A stretch of 50,209 nt of DNA from an uncultured Candidatus Saccharibacteria bacterium. Its GTDB lineage: Bacteria > Patescibacteriota > WWE3 > 9FT-COMBO-53-11. Below are positions 48,661 to 50,209 of this stretch, in pieces (the stretch's first letter is position 1; every line of letters begins with the position of its first letter). The notes beneath the pieces were generated by a model. The model did no database searches, had not been told where the DNA came from, and saw only the letters and a list, made by a program, of their open reading frames with translations. Location of the stretch: assembly GCA_964348395.1 (NCBI GenBank), contig CAYGCK010000004.1, positions 1,568 to 51,776 of the forward strand. The letters are read 5' to 3'. Made by a program: the position numbers and the translations under genes.

Positions 48661-49737
48661 CTAGCTCAACTTCTCGACCCGTACCCCGATCAAGCGAATC
48701 AACTTACCCTTTGGGTTCTCGCGCTTATCAAGAAACGGTAGCAAAAGCTTCATCGCCTCCTGCTCCAAAGTCGCCAAGGAGGAGGCGGGTTTTTCGAGCG
48801 TCCGGCTTCTGGTGCGGGTTTCAAAACCCGAGAGCCTAACCGTCACGGTCACGGTTCTGAAGTTTCTGAACTCGCTATCGTGGAACCGGCGTATAACGTC
48901 ACGGGATAATGATTTAAGGCGTGAGAATATAACTCCGGGGTCCTTGGTGTCCTCCGCGAAGGTTTCCTGCTCCCCTATTGACTTGGCTTTGGGTTTAACC
49001 TCTAGAACAGGCGAGGAATCTCGACCGCGGGATTTTTCAAAGATATCAACGCCCCATTTGCCAAAAAGCTCCGCCAGTTCTTGCTTTGTAACCTTCCTCA
49101 ACTCCCCTATTGTTGAGATATCCATCGCCTTGAGCTTCGCCGCAGTTTTGGGGCCAACACCGGGTATTTTGCTGACCGACAGTGGAGAAAGAACGTCCTC
49201 TACCTGGCTTTCTTTGACTAAGGTTAACCCATCGGGTTTCTTGAGATCGGAGGCGATTTTGGCGACCAACTTGTTTGGTCCCACACCTATGGAGGCGGTT
49301 AGCTTCTCCTTTTCTTTTATCTCGCGCTTTATCTTTTCGCAAAGTTTAAGAGCCTTTTTGTAGGAGCCGCAAAAGCTCAAGTCGAAGTAGGCCTCGTCGA
49401 CCGAGACCTGCTCTGCCTTGGGAACCAGGCGGCGAACCACTTCCATAACCTTTCTTGATACCTCAACGTACCGCTTCATATTGACGGGGAGGAACACCAC
49501 TTCCGGCTCACCCTTCTTTTTTGCCTTTTGGGAAAGCTTCCAAGCGTGGGATATCGGGGTCGCGGAGTAGATGCCATACTTTCGGGCCTTATAGTTGGCG
49601 GTCGAGACCACTCCTCGCCCCCTCCCACCCTTGGGGTCGGCTCCGACCGCAATCGGTAGCCCCGCAAACTGCGGGTTATCCCGCTCTTCAATTGCGGCGA
49701 AAAACGCATCCATATCCAAATGTCCAATGATTCTCAT
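48661..49737 (-). CDS. dinB: DNA polymerase IV
   Basis: [42 protein letters not shown]. Confidence 0.95.
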   Translation of the reverse strand: MRIIGHLDMDAFFAAIEERDNPQFAGLPIAVGADPKGGRGRGVVSTANYKARKYGIYSATPISHAWKLSQKAKKKGEPEVVFLPVNMKRYVEVSRKVMEVVRRLVPKAEQVSVDEAYFDLSFCGSYKKALKLCEKIKREIKEKEKLTASIGVGPNKLVAKIASDLKKPDGLTLVKESQVEDVLSPLSVSKIPGVGPKTAAKLKAMDISTIGELRKVTKQELAELFGKWGVDIFEKSRGRDSSPVLEVKPKAKSIGEQETFAEDTKDPGVIFSRLKSLSRDVIRRFHDSEFRNFRTVTVTVRLSGFETRTRSRTLEKPASSLATLEQEAMKLLLPFLDKRENPKGKLIRLIGVRVEKLS

Positions 49738-50209
49738 TTTGCTGCTGCCCTTATAAATGCGGTGAATATCGGATGTGGCGAGAGGGGGCGGGATTTGAAC
49801 TCCGGATGAAACTGAACTCCTAGGAAGAAGGGTGAAGCCAAAAGGAACGTCAAAAAGATCGCGGCCGCACTGAGCAGGCGCCGGGCCGGCTCCAAAATCT
49901 TCCAGCGTCGAACAAGAAGGATGGCTCCTGCTATCGCCAGAAAATTCATCACGGCGAAATTAAATAGGTCCGGGGCACCCGCCAAAAGCCCTTGACCCCG
50001 AAAGAGAGCTAAAATCGCGGGTTGGGCAAAAAGTTCGGACGGTAAAAGAAACACCCTCAACAGCCGCTCCACCCGGGTTGGGTCAAAAAAGATGTAAAGC
50101 CCCGCTATTACGAGAACAAAAAGAGCAAAAAGCAGCGCCACGCCTTGCAAAACCATCCGCCGCCGGGCCGGTTCCAGGAGCAAAGATCCAAGCGCAACCA
50201 CTAGGAGAA
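49734..50209 (-). CDS. Chimeric ORF entering from the right edge: GT-C-like membrane segment fused to CTP synthase (PyrG) C-terminal ~32 aa
   Basis: In-frame continuation of the 1-724 protein sequence, then [32 protein letters not shown]; stop overlaps dinB ATG. Confidence 0.75.
   Translation of the reverse strand, partial: LLVVALGSLLLEPARRRMVLQGVALLFALFVLVIAGLYIFFDPTRVERLLRVFLLPSELFAQPAILALFRGQGLLAGAPDLFNFAVMNFLAIAGAILLVRRWKILEPARRLLSAAAIFLTFLLASPFFLGVQFHPEFKSRPLSPHPIFTAFIRAAAK
50096..50209. repeat. Terminal direct repeat, copy 2 (matches 1-114)
   Basis: 110/114 identical. Confidence 0.97.

Noticed and set aside
49776..49805. tRNA-3'-end-like sequence on the minus strand (GAGTTCAAATCCCGCCCCCTCTCGCCA)
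   Set aside because: The T-stem does not pair and there is no D or anticodon arm; fully explained by PyrG codons for EFKSRPLSP.

Overview
Bacterial chromosomal DNA (standard code, TGA used as stop) whose gene content points to Patescibacteria/CPR (inferred). It contains a full type IV pilus locus (pilB-pilT-pilC, several pilins, pilD, a PilX-like gene, a large PA14 adhesin), a TrwB/HerA-type ATPase, yebC-ruvC, a single Xer recombinase with a dif-like site, a CsoR-regulated copper locus, gyrB and gyrA, tsaD/tsaE, nth and dinB. I saw no rRNA, tRNA, CRISPR array, transposase or reverse transcriptase. Main observations: (1) the two window ends are a 114-bp near-identical direct repeat inside a GT-C-type membrane gene, and the right copy is fused in frame to a CTP-synthase C-terminus; (2) a cassette with an unannotated 56-aa acidic peptide plus an M16 peptidase is flanked by a 36-bp duplication of the pilX-like 3' end; (3) a candidate ~55-nt anti-Shine-Dalgarno RNA is complementary to the RBSs of the few SD-led orphan genes, while most core genes look leaderless; (4) heptamer repeats and mini-hairpins sit in pilin leaders; (5) a stand-alone copy of the Cu-ATPase N-terminal Cys/His domain follows the ATPase. 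All functional calls come from motif recognition by eye; no searches were run.
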